A stretch of 64,000 nt of DNA from Schizochytrium sp. TIO01. Its lineage: Eukaryota; Protista; Bigyra: Labyrinthulomycetes. Under the pieces are notes generated by a model. It was not told where the DNA came from and ran no database searches. It saw only the letters and a program-made list of their open reading frames with translations. Positions 21,469 through 33,407 of the stretch are shown piece after piece; positions within the stretch are counted from its first letter, which is position 1, and each line of letters opens with the position of its first letter. The stretch is from contig SMSO01000014.1 of the NCBI GenBank assembly GCA_004764695.1, forward strand, positions 6,934,029 to 6,998,028, in the 5' to 3' direction. The translations under genes and the position numbers were made by a program.

Positions 21469-24400
21469 TTAGTGGAAAAGCTGTGGAGTAAGAATGTTTG
21501 AGTTCAAACCACATCCTCTTAGTACCTCAAACCAAGCTCGTAGCTGGCGCATATTTTCTTCATCCTCTTCCTTATTCTCATATGTAGTTTCTGAACAAAT
21601 ATCGGCATCCGGAGATGAGCGAGGCTGGCGCTTCAAAGTTTTCATACCTTTCAAATACTGGCCAGTAAGCATATGAAGCCGCTGTGAGGTAGATGTTGCG
21701 GCAGAGCGCCCTGTGTCAGTGGGTACAGATCCAGTTCCGGCTGACGACCCAGAGCCTATTGTTGATGTGCCTCCATCTGATCCAATTTCGTGTTCACTAT
21801 TTCGCACCGATGCTGCAGATTGAACTTCTGCGACAAGGCCTTCAGATGCACGAGATTTTAGTAGTCGAGGCGGTGTTGCAACTGCACCGCCTCCACAAGA
21901 AAACACGCGCAATACAGAAAGTTTACCAGCACGGTGCAGGAAAATGACTCGACGCTCAAGATCCAATGTAATGAGCTGGATTGAACCAAGAGGGATTTTG
22001 CGAGCCTCACCATGTTTGAGACGCTTGTAATAGAGATTCTGCCCCTTCAGCTGGAAAAGGTACCGCTTAAAAAAACGACCCTGCAAACTCACATCCACAG
22101 GGTTTTTACTTCCCGTCAACGAACATTTCTCTAAAAGACCCTGAAAACGCGATTCGCCATACAGGAATTCCTCATCTTCTGCGTCCACTCGTACGTCTTG
22201 GTTCTGATCACTTTGAAATTTTTTGCGTACTTGACGCCCGTAAGTTCGAAACTCTCCACCAATTTTGCGCCCAACATGCACAATTCCCTTCAGGTCAAAC
22301 TCTCCTCTTAGAAAAGATTGGGCAGATGACGCAAAGTTGTAAGCAAAACCAGAAGCTGTTTGCGTGAGCGCCATCCCAAAGATTTTTTGGTTGAACACCT
22401 TTGGAATCAGACCACGAATGAAGAACGCATAAAGTACCTGGTATGTTGTGATACCTGGTTCACCCTTGCGTGGCCGAAACGAGGTGTTCCACTCGAGCAT
22501 AGGTATGCGAATTTTGCTAGCTTTGTCACTGCTTTTACCTCGGCGACGGAGTCGTTCCGCGTGCCCTACCGAACCACGAAATAAATCTTGAAGGAAAAAG
22601 CTAATTTTACGCACAGTAACGCGTTGGATGTTGAAGAGCACCGGAACATGATTGAGCATGTTCATTACCCGGTCTTTACTACCAAGCCGAAGATTTGTCT
22701 CACGAGAGTTCTGGTCCATATAATTCAATGCACTTCGGTTTGGAGGTACATAATTGCGGTAGAGAGGATCGTGGACCCACGCAATCCGCATCTCAATCTC
22801 GCCGCACTCCCCGCGTCGCTCCCATTTTTTACTCATCAAAGGAAACCATCCTTGGATGGAATGTTGTTCACGATCAATTTGAAACCCTTGTTCTTCATGC
22901 CAGCAGTACGCTGGATCCACAATAAGATATTTTAGCGTCATCACCCATTGGCCAAGGAAGTCTGTTTGAGCAAGATCTTCATCGAGGATGGAAATCTGAA
23001 GCACTGCTGAAGGGTCTGTGACGGGAAATTCGAAGACCTCCTGCCAAAGGGGTTTAGTCGTTTTATATCGAGTTGAGCTCACAGCTTGGTGTTCTCTGAC
23101 TTTAATCACAACTTTTGGATCAGTCGAGCGAGAGGCGAAAAGTGAGCGTTCGCCTGGCACCAAGTTGCGCGCACGAATAATTGTGACTTGAAGTTTGTTT
23201 GGCAAAACATCCCGAAGTATTGTTCGGGCCTCATTCAAATCAGGAAAGCAAAGTTCATCCGCGGCGGTTGATTGATCTGCGGGCCCGATACTTTTTGCAA
23301 ATTCGCCGGCGAGTTCTTTGGCCGCCTCCTTCGAAAATTCTTTTGATCTTCTTTTCCTGGAGGGCATTTGCGTGTTTACAGACAGTCCTAATCTATTCAC
23401 AGGAGAAGATGCAGCTGAGTTGCTTGCTTCCGAAGAGGGTAAAGTTTTGGATTCCGTAGAAGAAGATATGTGGCTATTAGCTGCAGTAGATGCAATTGCT
23501 TCGTTGGTAGTCCCGATCCCTTCGGTAGACTCATTGGCTGAAGAAGTAGTTGTCTCTGCAGGTGGTGGCACGACAGTCAAGTCTCCAATTGCGTCAGGAC
23601 AGTTGTAACTCTCTCCATCGTCTTGCTGTGGACAAGTGTCAACAGCCGTACTCGCCGTTCTCCGAAGCCAGGGAATACGCGAGGTTGAGGTACGACGCAT
23701 TCCTTCAAGTGTCTTCTTCTTCAAAGGTGATGCACCAGATAGTGACTCCGGAGAGGGACCATTGAGCGTCGTAGGGCATGTACAGGACCCCAGAGGCTTG
23801 GCATCACTCGATGAGAAACTCCTCTGGCGAAAATGATGCGTGGTTTGACTAATTCCTTCAGCATTTGATGGTCCAGAGGCACCACCACATTCTTCACACG
23901 CTGGGGAAACTGTAGACTGACCTTGGACTGTTGATGTAACAGGTGTCTCAGGGGCAGCTGTACTGGTCGGACTCCACAAATTGATGCGCCGAAACGAGCC
24001 TAGTTGTCCACGAGGTAATCCTGGACGAGCTCGGCCAGTTGATGAAAGTGGTGACCCAGAAGATGACACTGACTCAGCATCTTGATTAGCTGACTCACTG
24101 CGCTGATGAAGCGCATTAGCCCTGGACCCTTGCTCTGTTCGTAACACTGAAGGTTCCGTACGCAATATAGAAGACTGTTCACTTCCAGAGGATTGTTCGT
24201 TCTTCTCCCCAGACCACTTTGATTTAATCGTGCTCCAAATGCCCGAGGGGGTCCAGGGATACACTTTATTATAAATTTGTGTTTTGCGATGCTGGAACAT
24301 CAGATGTGAAATAACCTCACGCTCAGCTAGTTCTTTAGTGAGCTCGTTGATGTTAAATCGACCTTCGCAGAGCTCGAAGTTAACAGAAACTGACTCAAAG

Positions 24401-26145
24401 TCGATGTATGGTACATCCACAATGGCGACACACTTAAAATCTGGGACCCTACGCAAAGGTATAGCCTGGGGCCTCCAGAAAACAAGTTGGGGAAGTGCTT
24501 GGATCCTCATTGAAACAATAAAATCAAGTCGACCGACATAGATAAACCACTTGTGTGGAAATTTTGGAGGATTTGCAAATCCACAGTCTGTTGTAGAAAT
24601 TCGAAGACTCAACCTACCTTTATGTATCCAAGGTACGATAGCGAGGGTTCCTAGATGTAATGGATATCCAAACAGCGCAAAACGAGTAATGGCCTGAGAT
24701 GCAATCCAGCCCACCGCAATCGGTGCTTTGAGCCAGACGAAAGCAACGCATGCGGCATAAATAACATACCATGCTGATGACGATGCCATCTGGGGACTAA
24801 GGATGAATGACACCAAAATCACTGCAAGGGTTGCAGCACCCACAAGACGCAACAGTTTCGACTCTGCCTCTGTGTCAGCTAGACTCCATGGGGATTGCTT
24901 GGTAGTTGCGCTTCCAGGGCTTTTTAAAGGCAAGGATGAGTGGGTTGTAGCACCAAGATCGCGACGGCTATGTCCTTCCTCAAGAGCTGCGTCTTCATCC
25001 TCTTCATCTTCCTCATCTTCATCGTCCTCATCGTCCTCATCTTCATCCTCACCCAGAGTCTGCCCTGCAGGCTGTTGCTGTTGTTGACGCTGCTGAGTTT
25101 TGCCTTCCTGGCTCTGTGGTTGCTGAGATTGTGAGGCATCTCGCCGTAAGCCGAAGCTAGATCCCCCTCGAATGGATTGAGAATTAATGCCCAGAAAACC
25201 GCTAGCATTCATCAACTTTTCCTTCATTGTTTTTTTTCGCGCTTCAGGGGGGGCGCTAATGTCACTAGTTTCTCGCCTCTCGTTAACAATTAATCCATCA
25301 ACCTCGTCATCATCATCCTCCTCGTCGTTATCGTCATCGTCATCGTCATCTTCATCTTCGTCGTCATCGTCATCGTCGTCATCATCAATCTCGTCGTTTA
25401 ATGCGCCAGCTCCTTTGGTTTCCAACTTATTGTCAGATATCGCTGTGAGAGAGCTGCGCATTTCATAATTTTTGTTATTGTCGGAAGCGTCGTTTAACGG
25501 AGCATAGAGCCTCACAGTCCCCTTTTTGGACTCCTCCTGCTGATGAATTGATCCCGAGGCCGAAGAAATAGAGTTCGTTGATTGGATAGCGTCTTTGGTG
25601 GATCCGTTGCTATTCTTTCGAGATGGAATTGAGTCATCGCTGTTACGCGATCTCCGTCCTCGTTTAAGCATACCTTTAATGTTTGACCCCATACTTGCAA
25701 TACCACGCGCCATTGGAGCAGTAGCAGATTTGGCTTTTTTGGGCATCTTGAATGCGATTGGAGGAGGAGTTATTGAGCGCAGGATGTTATCATCCATGAG
25801 ACTATTATCATCACTGTCGCCGCAGTGGTCTTCGTCCACTTCAGAGTTGTCATCGTACATATCCGAGTGCATGTCGCGGAAGACGTATCGATAAGAAGCC
25901 TCTCCTGTTGATGCTGAAGGCGCACTGCTGGAGGACGCACACTTGGACTCTTCAGGTACAAGTTCCGGTTCTCCCGCGAGTAGTGGCTCCGGTGCTGTAG
26001 CGATTGCATCGTTTATGAACTGGTGCATGCTGAGGCGTTGTTGCCTTGCCTGACTCACTTGCAGGGTCCCATCGGAAGCCACTGACCCCGAGGATTCGAG
26101 TCTGCCCCGAGAGAAATTGAGACGGCCCTCTTCCGCGTCCGCCAT
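21469..26145 (-). CDS. Large membrane-anchored protein with C2 domain, PH-like domain and split AsmA-like region
   Basis: First ATG (MADAEEG) at 26145. Acidic disordered N-terminus, hydrophobic helices at ~24660-24850, C2 domain (KLQVTIIRARNL..TDPKVVIKV..PLWQEVFEF..LQISILDED..DFLG, ~22775-23197) and PH-like strands (FQGLLEK..RYLFQLKGQNLYY..IPLGSI) with a terminal QLRAWFEVL helix. Confidence 0.85.
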   Translation of the reverse strand: MADAEEGRLNFSRGRLESSGSVASDGTLQVSQARQQRLSMHQFINDAIATAPEPLLAGEPELVPEESKCASSSSAPSASTGEASYRYVFRDMHSDMYDDNSEVDEDHCGDSDDNSLMDDNILRSITPPPIAFKMPKKAKSATAPMARGIASMGSNIKGMLKRGRRSRNSDDSIPSRKNSNGSTKDAIQSTNSISSASGSIHQQEESKKGTVRLYAPLNDASDNNKNYEMRSSLTAISDNKLETKGAGALNDEIDDDDDDDDDEDEDDDDDDDNDEEDDDDEVDGLIVNERRETSDISAPPEARKKTMKEKLMNASGFLGINSQSIRGGSSFGLRRDASQSQQPQSQEGKTQQRQQQQQPAGQTLGEDEDEDDEDDEDEEDEEDEDAALEEGHSRRDLGATTHSSLPLKSPGSATTKQSPWSLADTEAESKLLRLVGAATLAVILVSFILSPQMASSSAWYVIYAACVAFVWLKAPIAVGWIASQAITRFALFGYPLHLGTLAIVPWIHKGRLSLRISTTDCGFANPPKFPHKWFIYVGRLDFIVSMRIQALPQLVFWRPQAIPLRRVPDFKCVAIVDVPYIDFESVSVNFELCEGRFNINELTKELAEREVISHLMFQHRKTQIYNKVYPWTPSGIWSTIKSKWSGEKNEQSSGSEQSSILRTEPSVLRTEQGSRANALHQRSESANQDAESVSSSGSPLSSTGRARPGLPRGQLGSFRRINLWSPTSTAAPETPVTSTVQGQSTVSPACEECGGASGPSNAEGISQTTHHFRQRSFSSSDAKPLGSCTCPTTLNGPSPESLSGASPLKKKTLEGMRRTSTSRIPWLRRTASTAVDTCPQQDDGESYNCPDAIGDLTVVPPPAETTTSSANESTEGIGTTNEAIASTAANSHISSSTESKTLPSSEASNSAASSPVNRLGLSVNTQMPSRKRRSKEFSKEAAKELAGEFAKSIGPADQSTAADELCFPDLNEARTILRDVLPNKLQVTIIRARNLVPGERSLFASRSTDPKVVIKVREHQAVSSTRYKTTKPLWQEVFEFPVTDPSAVLQISILDEDLAQTDFLGQWVMTLKYLIVDPAYCWHEEQGFQIDREQHSIQGWFPLMSKKWERRGECGEIEMRIAWVHDPLYRNYVPPNRSALNYMDQNSRETNLRLGSKDRVMNMLNHVPVLFNIQRVTVRKISFFLQDLFRGSVGHAERLRRRGKSSDKASKIRIPMLEWNTSFRPRKGEPGITTYQVLYAFFIRGLIPKVFNQKIFGMALTQTASGFAYNFASSAQSFLRGEFDLKGIVHVGRKIGGEFRTYGRQVRKKFQSDQNQDVRVDAEDEEFLYGESRFQGLLEKCSLTGSKNPVDVSLQGRFFKRYLFQLKGQNLYYKRLKHGEARKIPLGSIQLITLDLERRVIFLHRAGKLSVLRVFSCGGGAVATPPRLLKSRASEGLVAEVQSAASVRNSEHEIGSDGGTSTIGSGSSAGTGSVPTDTGRSAATSTSQRLHMLTGQYLKGMKTLKRQPRSSPDADICSETTYENKEEDEENMRQLRAWFEVLRGCGLNSNILTPQLFH

Positions 26146-26376
26146 ATCTGCTTGCTTTGCTTGTTTGCTTTTCTGTTTTCTTTTTGGCTTACTTTTTGCC
26201 TTTTGTCTTGCTTGCAAATACTCACCTACCTTACTACTACTCTTACTACTCTTAACCTACAGGCGCTAAATACTTTTACATTGCCACCCGAGCAGAAACA
26301 GGCGAATGAAGTGGCACCCTTCCTACAAATTAAGCCAGCAGTCCAACTAGCAAGCAAGTAAGACTTGAACTTGCAT

Positions 26377-26637
26377 TCATTTATTTCTTTGTTTCTTTGT
26401 TTCTTTGTTTATTTCTTTGTTTCTTTGTTTCTTTGTTTATTTGTTTATTTGTTTATTTGTTTATTTGTTTATTTGTTTATTTGTTTATTTGTTTGTTTAT
26501 TTGTTTGTTTATTTGTTTGTTTATTTGTTTATTAGTTCCAGCAGCTGGCTAACTACTAACTAACTAACTAACTAACTAACTAAATAACTAAATAACTAAC
26601 TAACTAAATGACTAACTGACTAACTAAATAACTAACT
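26377..26637. repeat. Compound tetranucleotide microsatellite (TTTC/TTTG/TTTA)n followed by (AACT)n
   Basis: Read directly; upstream of the C2-protein start codon. Confidence 0.9.
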
Positions 26638-27544
26638 AGGTACCCACCCACCCACTTCGCTGCCCACTCTCGCTCCTCAGAGGTAATAAGTTGAGATCTG
26701 GCTCCAGTAAGAACTCAATCCAAAAAGATCATTGATTGGGACCTACTTTTAGAAGTAGCTCAAGTGTTGCTTATTCATTCGTTCAACAATGTCGCGGGTG
26801 GATATGCTAATCCCTAGACCTAGTTTGTAGATCGTTATCTCTAGAGTTACCTGGTGCCTACTAACTAGCTGGCTACACCCCTCCCTCCCTTTGTGTCTAA
26901 GACGATGATGTTGTGTAGGGTATGATGGTTGTATGAATGCATGGGCGAACCAATTCAATAGGTCCTTCGTAGCCAATTTCATACAAAGGTGCCCACCATT
27001 CTACTCTGTCAGGTCAGTAGAACAGGAGATGAGGGAAGATAGTGCAGGCAATCGGTCGATTGATCTCCTAAATTGCAAACTACATAAACTAAGTAAACTA
27101 ATAGTTGGTGTGCCATGCACGCCACTCACTCGCTTACCAAATCTCCGAGTATACTCTTTCTTTCGTTCTAACTTTTTGCTGCTGTTTATCAATTGACAAA
27201 TAAAGAAATATTTGCCATTTGAGATGGCCCCGGAAATAGCTTCAATAGAATAAGAAGCGCATTTGCGCAAAGCAGTAATGTTCACGTATGTCAGTTGTTG
27301 CTGCAGCAGCACAGTTTCTGCAGCACACACAAAAGCACTGACTGTTCTGATTAGTCGATATAACTCTTTTTTCTTTTTTTCTTCCCCACTGGCAAGTGTT
27401 CCCATCTTTCATTATTACTTTATAAAATTAAAATATAAATGTTATTTTTAAATTAAATTAAATAAAAGTTGATTATTTTACTACTCTAGAGGCTGCTGAG
27501 GCAGTATCATCTCTATATATAATGATGATGTACACCGTACACCT

Positions 27545-27611
27545 CTTCTTCTTCTTCTTCTTCTTCTTCTTCTTCTTCTTCTTCTTCTTCTTCTTCTTCT
27601 TCTTCTTCTTC
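27545..27611. repeat. (CTT)~22 microsatellite
   Basis: Read directly. Confidence 0.95.
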
Positions 27612-28017
27612 ATTTTTTAAAGTTGTTTAGCTATTTACTACAACCATCATTGTTTATTTTTATGTAAAATCGGACTCAGTAATCGGTAATAATCGGTATC
27701 GACAATTGGAAATCGATTTTCAAGTTGATGAGGAATGATTTCCTATGCGGCGGAGTCTCTGTGTGTGGAGGCTCTGCTCTTCGCCAATGTCCTTGTTTTC
27801 ATCCAGACAGCGTCTACTTTACAAAGCAGGTTTGTGCTGCGAGGTATCAGACTATCATCAATCTGCCTATCTATCTTGTACTTTGAAACACTTGATCATA
27901 AAAGAGCGACAGCGCAAAGTAGGGCAAAGCAAAAGTTCTGTCTGACGACTCTCTTTCTCCCTCGGTGTGCTGACTCTTCTTCACCTCAGCTCCTCACAGA
28001 TTCGCAGAGGAGAGCTC

Positions 28018-28110
28018 AACAACGACATCATCAGCAGCAGCATCATCATCAGCAGCAGCATCATCATCATCAGCATCAGCAGCAGCAGCAGCAGCAGCGG
28101 CAGCAGCAAC
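28018..28110. repeat. Mixed (CAG/CAT)n trinucleotide repeat
   Basis: Read directly; no convincing host ORF. Confidence 0.85.
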
Positions 28111-31100
28111 ACGCATGGCTGTTCGTAACAACTTGATACTTTTACTTTGGAAGCACTCATCTCTCGACAGATTTTTAGATGAACCACCCTAAACGAAGAG
28201 TGAAACATAAGAGAGTGCGAACGAAGAGAAGAGAAGAGAAGAGAAGAAGAGAACGAAGAAGAAGCCTAAACCTGAGGCAAACCAAAGCAAGGGAGGACGC
28301 GCCAGCTATTGCCTTCTCTCGGAGAACAACACCAACGGCAGGCAATTTAAACAAGCAAAAACAGGGGAGAATGTGAAGGTAAAGATCTTCGCAAGCTCAG
28401 AATACGAAACGACGAAGAGGACTATTGCAAAATGTTGGACAGGTAGTTTGCCTCTTTAAGATATATGAATGAGAACGTTTTACTTTGAACAACTTGAAGC
28501 CTATATACGTACAACGCCTCAAATAAACACTCCTAAATATCGCTTTCTCTCATCTTTTCAAGGCTATTCTACGTTTGAAGTAAACATTCTACCTAGCCCT
28601 TTACAGCCTTCACGATGGAGGGTACCCCCTTCTTCTTGATATTTCTGTGAAAGGGGATTTACAAGCTTTTGCCGTGTCCCCAGCTTCTCTTCAAGTGACG
28701 TGTGTTTGTAGAAATATTCCGATTATTTTCTTTCCTTTCCTTTTACATGGCTTCGTTTCTTCTATTCTTCTCTTTAGGAACATAGTAGTAGCAGCTATGT
28801 ATAATCTTTGGTTTGTTTGCTTGCTTTTCTTGAAATTTGTTTTTTATTTCTTTTAAAATAAAAATTAAAAGTTAGAGAGGTACCTACCTACCTCTACTGG
28901 GTAGACTCTCGATAGTGAAAGTAATACATGCCATCGTCGATCATAGCCTTGCGCACTTTGCTGCTGCCCACTGATGACCTCCATGTATCTAATCCTGCAA
29001 ACCATACTACATCGTACCAACAAAATGTGCAGAATGCCGAAGTTTCGCAAAATCAATAGATACCTCGCATAACCGAATGCAGGACTTAGATCACAAGTTC
29101 TAATTAAAGTGTGTGCTTCTCGTCCAGCTCGCAGATTATGCCACAGATTGAACTACTAGTACATATACTGTAAGTGAGAGAAGATGAAAGAAGGATGCAG
29201 AAAACTATGCTGCGTAGCTACCTCTAGAGGTAATAGATACGTATTTAGGTACCTGCTTCCTGTCTGATGGCAATGCTCGCCTTCATCTTTGATTAACTAT
29301 ATGTGCCACAACTTGATGCACTTCAACAAATGGATAGAGCTATCTATATACCTATACTTTTCTTTTTCTTTTTCCTTTTCCTTTTTTAAATGTACATTAT
29401 ACTCGATACCTACTCTTAGTAATACACTCGCTTCGATTAGTATGTTTGTACTAGTTTGTTTAATTTTTAATTTTATTTTTAATTCCTTTTCTTTTTTTCC
29501 TTTTTGCCAAATGGAAAATATAACTTGAATGATTATTGTCCACCTTGAAGGTCCCAAGCTACGAAGATCAGCTCCCTAAGAGAAAAGAATGTGGTTGCTC
29601 CCTTCAAATAGTTAAATGAAGCAGATTTATCTAATCAAAAACTTCTCCTGAAGCACTCAATGTGTTCAAAGACTAAAACTCTTGGACAATAACCTTTGGC
29701 TCGTATAAGAACTTATTCCAGAGAAGAATTCATTGCATAAAATACCTTGCCTCAAGCTTGTCAACTTTGATAGCTTGTAAGTATATTGCGAAAGCTAATT
29801 TTTTAATCTGCCCAAATCAAACCTACTTTCTCTTTCTAAGGTAGGCCTACTTACCGAACGCAGTACTTATAGTAGAGAGTCTCTATGCAATGAATGTATT
29901 GAGTAATTATTTTGGCCACTTTGACTCTATATAACAGAGGAAGGTCCGGTACTAGGTCCTACAATGCAAGGTACTAATTATGGATTCATAGTAGGCAGTC
30001 TGCAGAGCACTATATATACCCTCTGTGCTATGTATCTACTTCTTTTCATAGGTAAAAAAGGTATTTCCTGTGTTTTTGGTAGGTCTTCTTACTAAGTCCT
30101 TTTAGGGTTAGTAAATCCAGAGATAACTCGAACTCAGACTATAAAAAGAACTACTCGAGTTTAAGAACGGTTTTACAGTCTTTATTACAAGGGCGATCAA
30201 TGCCTCTCTCTCTCTTAATTGCCATAGACCCCCAGTGTTGTCAATCACATAACGATAGAATTCTCGTCAATACTAGTACTTCGTTTCTCAAAAATGAATG
30301 AAAGACAGATGTTTCGGAGTCATAAAGATGGCCTCAGAGATGTTTTAGTCTTCTGAACTTTGCTTTCCGAAGACCACAATGATCTTTCTTTCAGGTTTTC
30401 TTTTCTCTTTTTACGTCCTTTTCACGAGGCACACCAACCAACCTTAAGAGTTGGTAGACAGACATAAATTATGCGCCGGTTCCAATTGGCATTCACTAAA
30501 AGGATCTTGAATCTTATGTCATGCCTATATATAGCCTCCTTGCAATTAGCTTGTGGCACACATTCTATCCTATCTTAGCACAGGAGAAAAACTTGGAAAG
30601 AAAGAAACTTAGAGAGAGAGAGAGAAAGAGAGAGGGTTGGTTCTGAAGACTCTTGTCTTGCCGTTGTTTTTTGGTTGGTACCTAGGTATGTGTATGTAGC
30701 TAGGTAGATTAGGTAGGGCGTAACGCGTGGTCGCTCCAAGTCCAAAGCCAAATAAACACAGAATCCTCCACCACCATAGGACCATGGATAGTAGATCTTT
30801 CATAATACTCCCCAATATTTAGAAGTGAGAAGTCGGAATTATCTCCAGTGTTGTTTTAGATCGGAAACGTACGAAGGCACGGGCACGTCTAAGTCCACCC
30901 TTTCTGTAACCACAATTCTGTTCTGACTGAAAGAAAAAAATGGGGGGGAATGAACAGTAGCTTCGAGTTAATGCATATTCAATTTATTCTCAACATGGCC
31001 CGTTCGAAGTCCACTTTATACATGAATTTAAGGATTGGGAATTGAAAGTCGTCCTCTATATACTGCCTAGCATAATCAACATTCATCGATGCAATTTTAT

Positions 31101-32495
31101 TTTGTAAAGAGGATAATCAGTTCATTGTGAAATGTAGATGACCATACTATAGAACTGGGCCAAACATAGACTCCCCTGTATTTTGATTTTGCGGATGTGT
31201 TTTTTCCTTCATTATTTCTAAAATCCATAATTGTGGCTTACAAAGTATATTGTAATCCTGCTGCCTAAAGAATTAAGACACGAGGAAGTCAGATTCCTTG
31301 ATAAGGTTCACTCTGTTTTAGTTAAAAACGAATGACCTTTTTCATATTGCAGTGGGTATAGATTGGTTGACTTCATTCAATCAACACGCAGTAAGCTTTC
31401 CCTGCCACCTCTCCGATACTAAGTAAGCTTATCTACTCTCTGCCACACCATAAACAAATGTATCTATGCACTAATATTGAGTTAGATATAACCATGCTTA
31501 TCCTGCCAGAGTTCGAGCCTGTAAGATTGAATTAGTGTAACAGTGGTGCCTTTCCTACCATAAATTATGACGCGTAGATGCGAAGCTCAAATTATGTTCT
31601 TCGTTATGTGAATTTGAAATGGAGGAGTAACACTGCTATAATTACGTCATATAAGGAACTTTATAACATCGATTCAAGTCAGTAATAAATAAGGTTTTCA
31701 ATTTTGCTAAACGATGCGCTTTGAAACATCGTTTTGGATATCTGGAATTGTAACTTTTTCCTTTTTGGACGGAGCCCTGTTCAGCTCTTCAAGCACCATT
31801 GCTAGGTGTCAGTTCTGAGTAGTACGTAGCATGTTACCTAATTAGTACGTACCCTCCTAATAACTACTATTTGATCATTTATCATGCGTGATATTTTCGC
31901 AAGTTTGAAGACTATGAGGAACTGCCTCTAACTAATCGCTTAGATATCATCGGCTATCATAGTGCAATTTTTATTTCTTCTAAATAAACAAAGAAACAGT
32001 GTTTCGATAAAATTATTACTATTTTGATTCAAACTATTGAATTTAACTGGATGAACAATACTACTCTTCAAAGACTGGCCGTGTATGCGATATTGTAGCT
32101 ACTAAGAAGTCCGTAAACTAATACCTTCACATTGCAATCACAGTTCTTCTAAATCAAGAAAGAAAGAAGAGAACGAACATCCTTGGGCGAACTATTTATT
32201 CTGCACTATCTGATTATTTAGTCCCACAAATTACCGTTTTATTTATTATATTTATATTATTGGATCGTAGGTAGATACTACTAGGAACTAGTAGTACACC
32301 TAGGCACTTCTCACATTGGTCCATGCGCTACGTTTTCTCATATTGATAATTGACTGGGCCTCTTATGGCACAGTGGCAATAGCATCGCTGGTGCAGATCT
32401 TCAGCCGCAAGTTGCCAACTGTCAGATTGTCAACACTATCCCACGAGTCTTGGAGACTTGAAGATTGAGACAGTAAGGACCCCAACTCGTGACAA

Positions 32496-33407
32496 ATGGG
32501 AAATACGCACGCAGGTCAAGGTAAAGCAGGTGCCAAAGCAAGAGCTAATAAGGCTTCAAAAGGATCAACTGATGACCAAACTACAGAAATTCAACACAAA
32601 CAGGATCATATTCGTAGTGACCAAGACTCGAGCTCACAAAAAGAGTCCAAAGCAGAAGGGAATGAGATTGAGGACACCCGGAACCCTCCATTGAAAGCTG
32701 GGAGCATCAGAAAGTTAAAAAAATCTTCGATTGCTCCTGCAGAAGGTGCCGAGTTGTTATCAGCAGCAGCAATCGACGACCCAGAGATTAATCAGCAGTC
32801 CTTAGTAGAATCTCCCAATGACCAAGAAATGGAGCAAAAAGATACAAAGACTGATGTCGAGAAGAACGATACAGATCTTTCAAACGCAAAGTCTCAAGAA
32901 GCGACCTATGCCTCTGATGAAGATGCATTTGAAGGATTCATGAGTGCTTATGTTGACCGACCAGGGCAAACCCATGAAGAGCTCAGAATCCAAGATCTCA
33001 ATCAGATATTGAATCAACCAATCGCCCTAGTTCTGCAGCATTTGCTGTCCGATGAAAATGAAAGTATGCAAACCTCTACCAAGCTCCTTACCAAGGATCG
33101 GTTCAATGAAGCACGTCAGAAGGCTCAAAAGTTACGAACACAAGAGGAAGTAGTTCAATTCATTTTCGAGCTATTGGTAAGGCGATTCGCCAAAGCAAAC
33201 GATAATGATGATCATGCTACGTTCGAATTTGACTTTAAGGCTGCAGAGAAACTTATTCTAAATGGTGACCCACTCAATAAAGAAGAAAATGTTAAAGATG
33301 AGGCAAACGAGGCAGTCAGTGAAGACCAACCATTATCGAACAAGCTCAAATCATTGCTTTCAGATAAGGATGCCTTTATGCAGCATTTTCAAGATATTGA
33401 GGTATAG
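32496..33407 (+). CDS. Acidic hypothetical protein with possible N-myristoylation signal
   Basis: 303-aa ATG ORF in AT-rich surroundings, starting MGNTHA, with a disordered N-half and helical C-half. It ends GAG|GTATAG, which could instead be a splice donor. Confidence 0.75.
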   Translation: MGNTHAGQGKAGAKARANKASKGSTDDQTTEIQHKQDHIRSDQDSSSQKESKAEGNEIEDTRNPPLKAGSIRKLKKSSIAPAEGAELLSAAAIDDPEINQQSLVESPNDQEMEQKDTKTDVEKNDTDLSNAKSQEATYASDEDAFEGFMSAYVDRPGQTHEELRIQDLNQILNQPIALVLQHLLSDENESMQTSTKLLTKDRFNEARQKAQKLRTQEEVVQFIFELLVRRFAKANDNDDHATFEFDFKAAEKLILNGDPLNKEENVKDEANEAVSEDQPLSNKLKSLLSDKDAFMQHFQDIEV

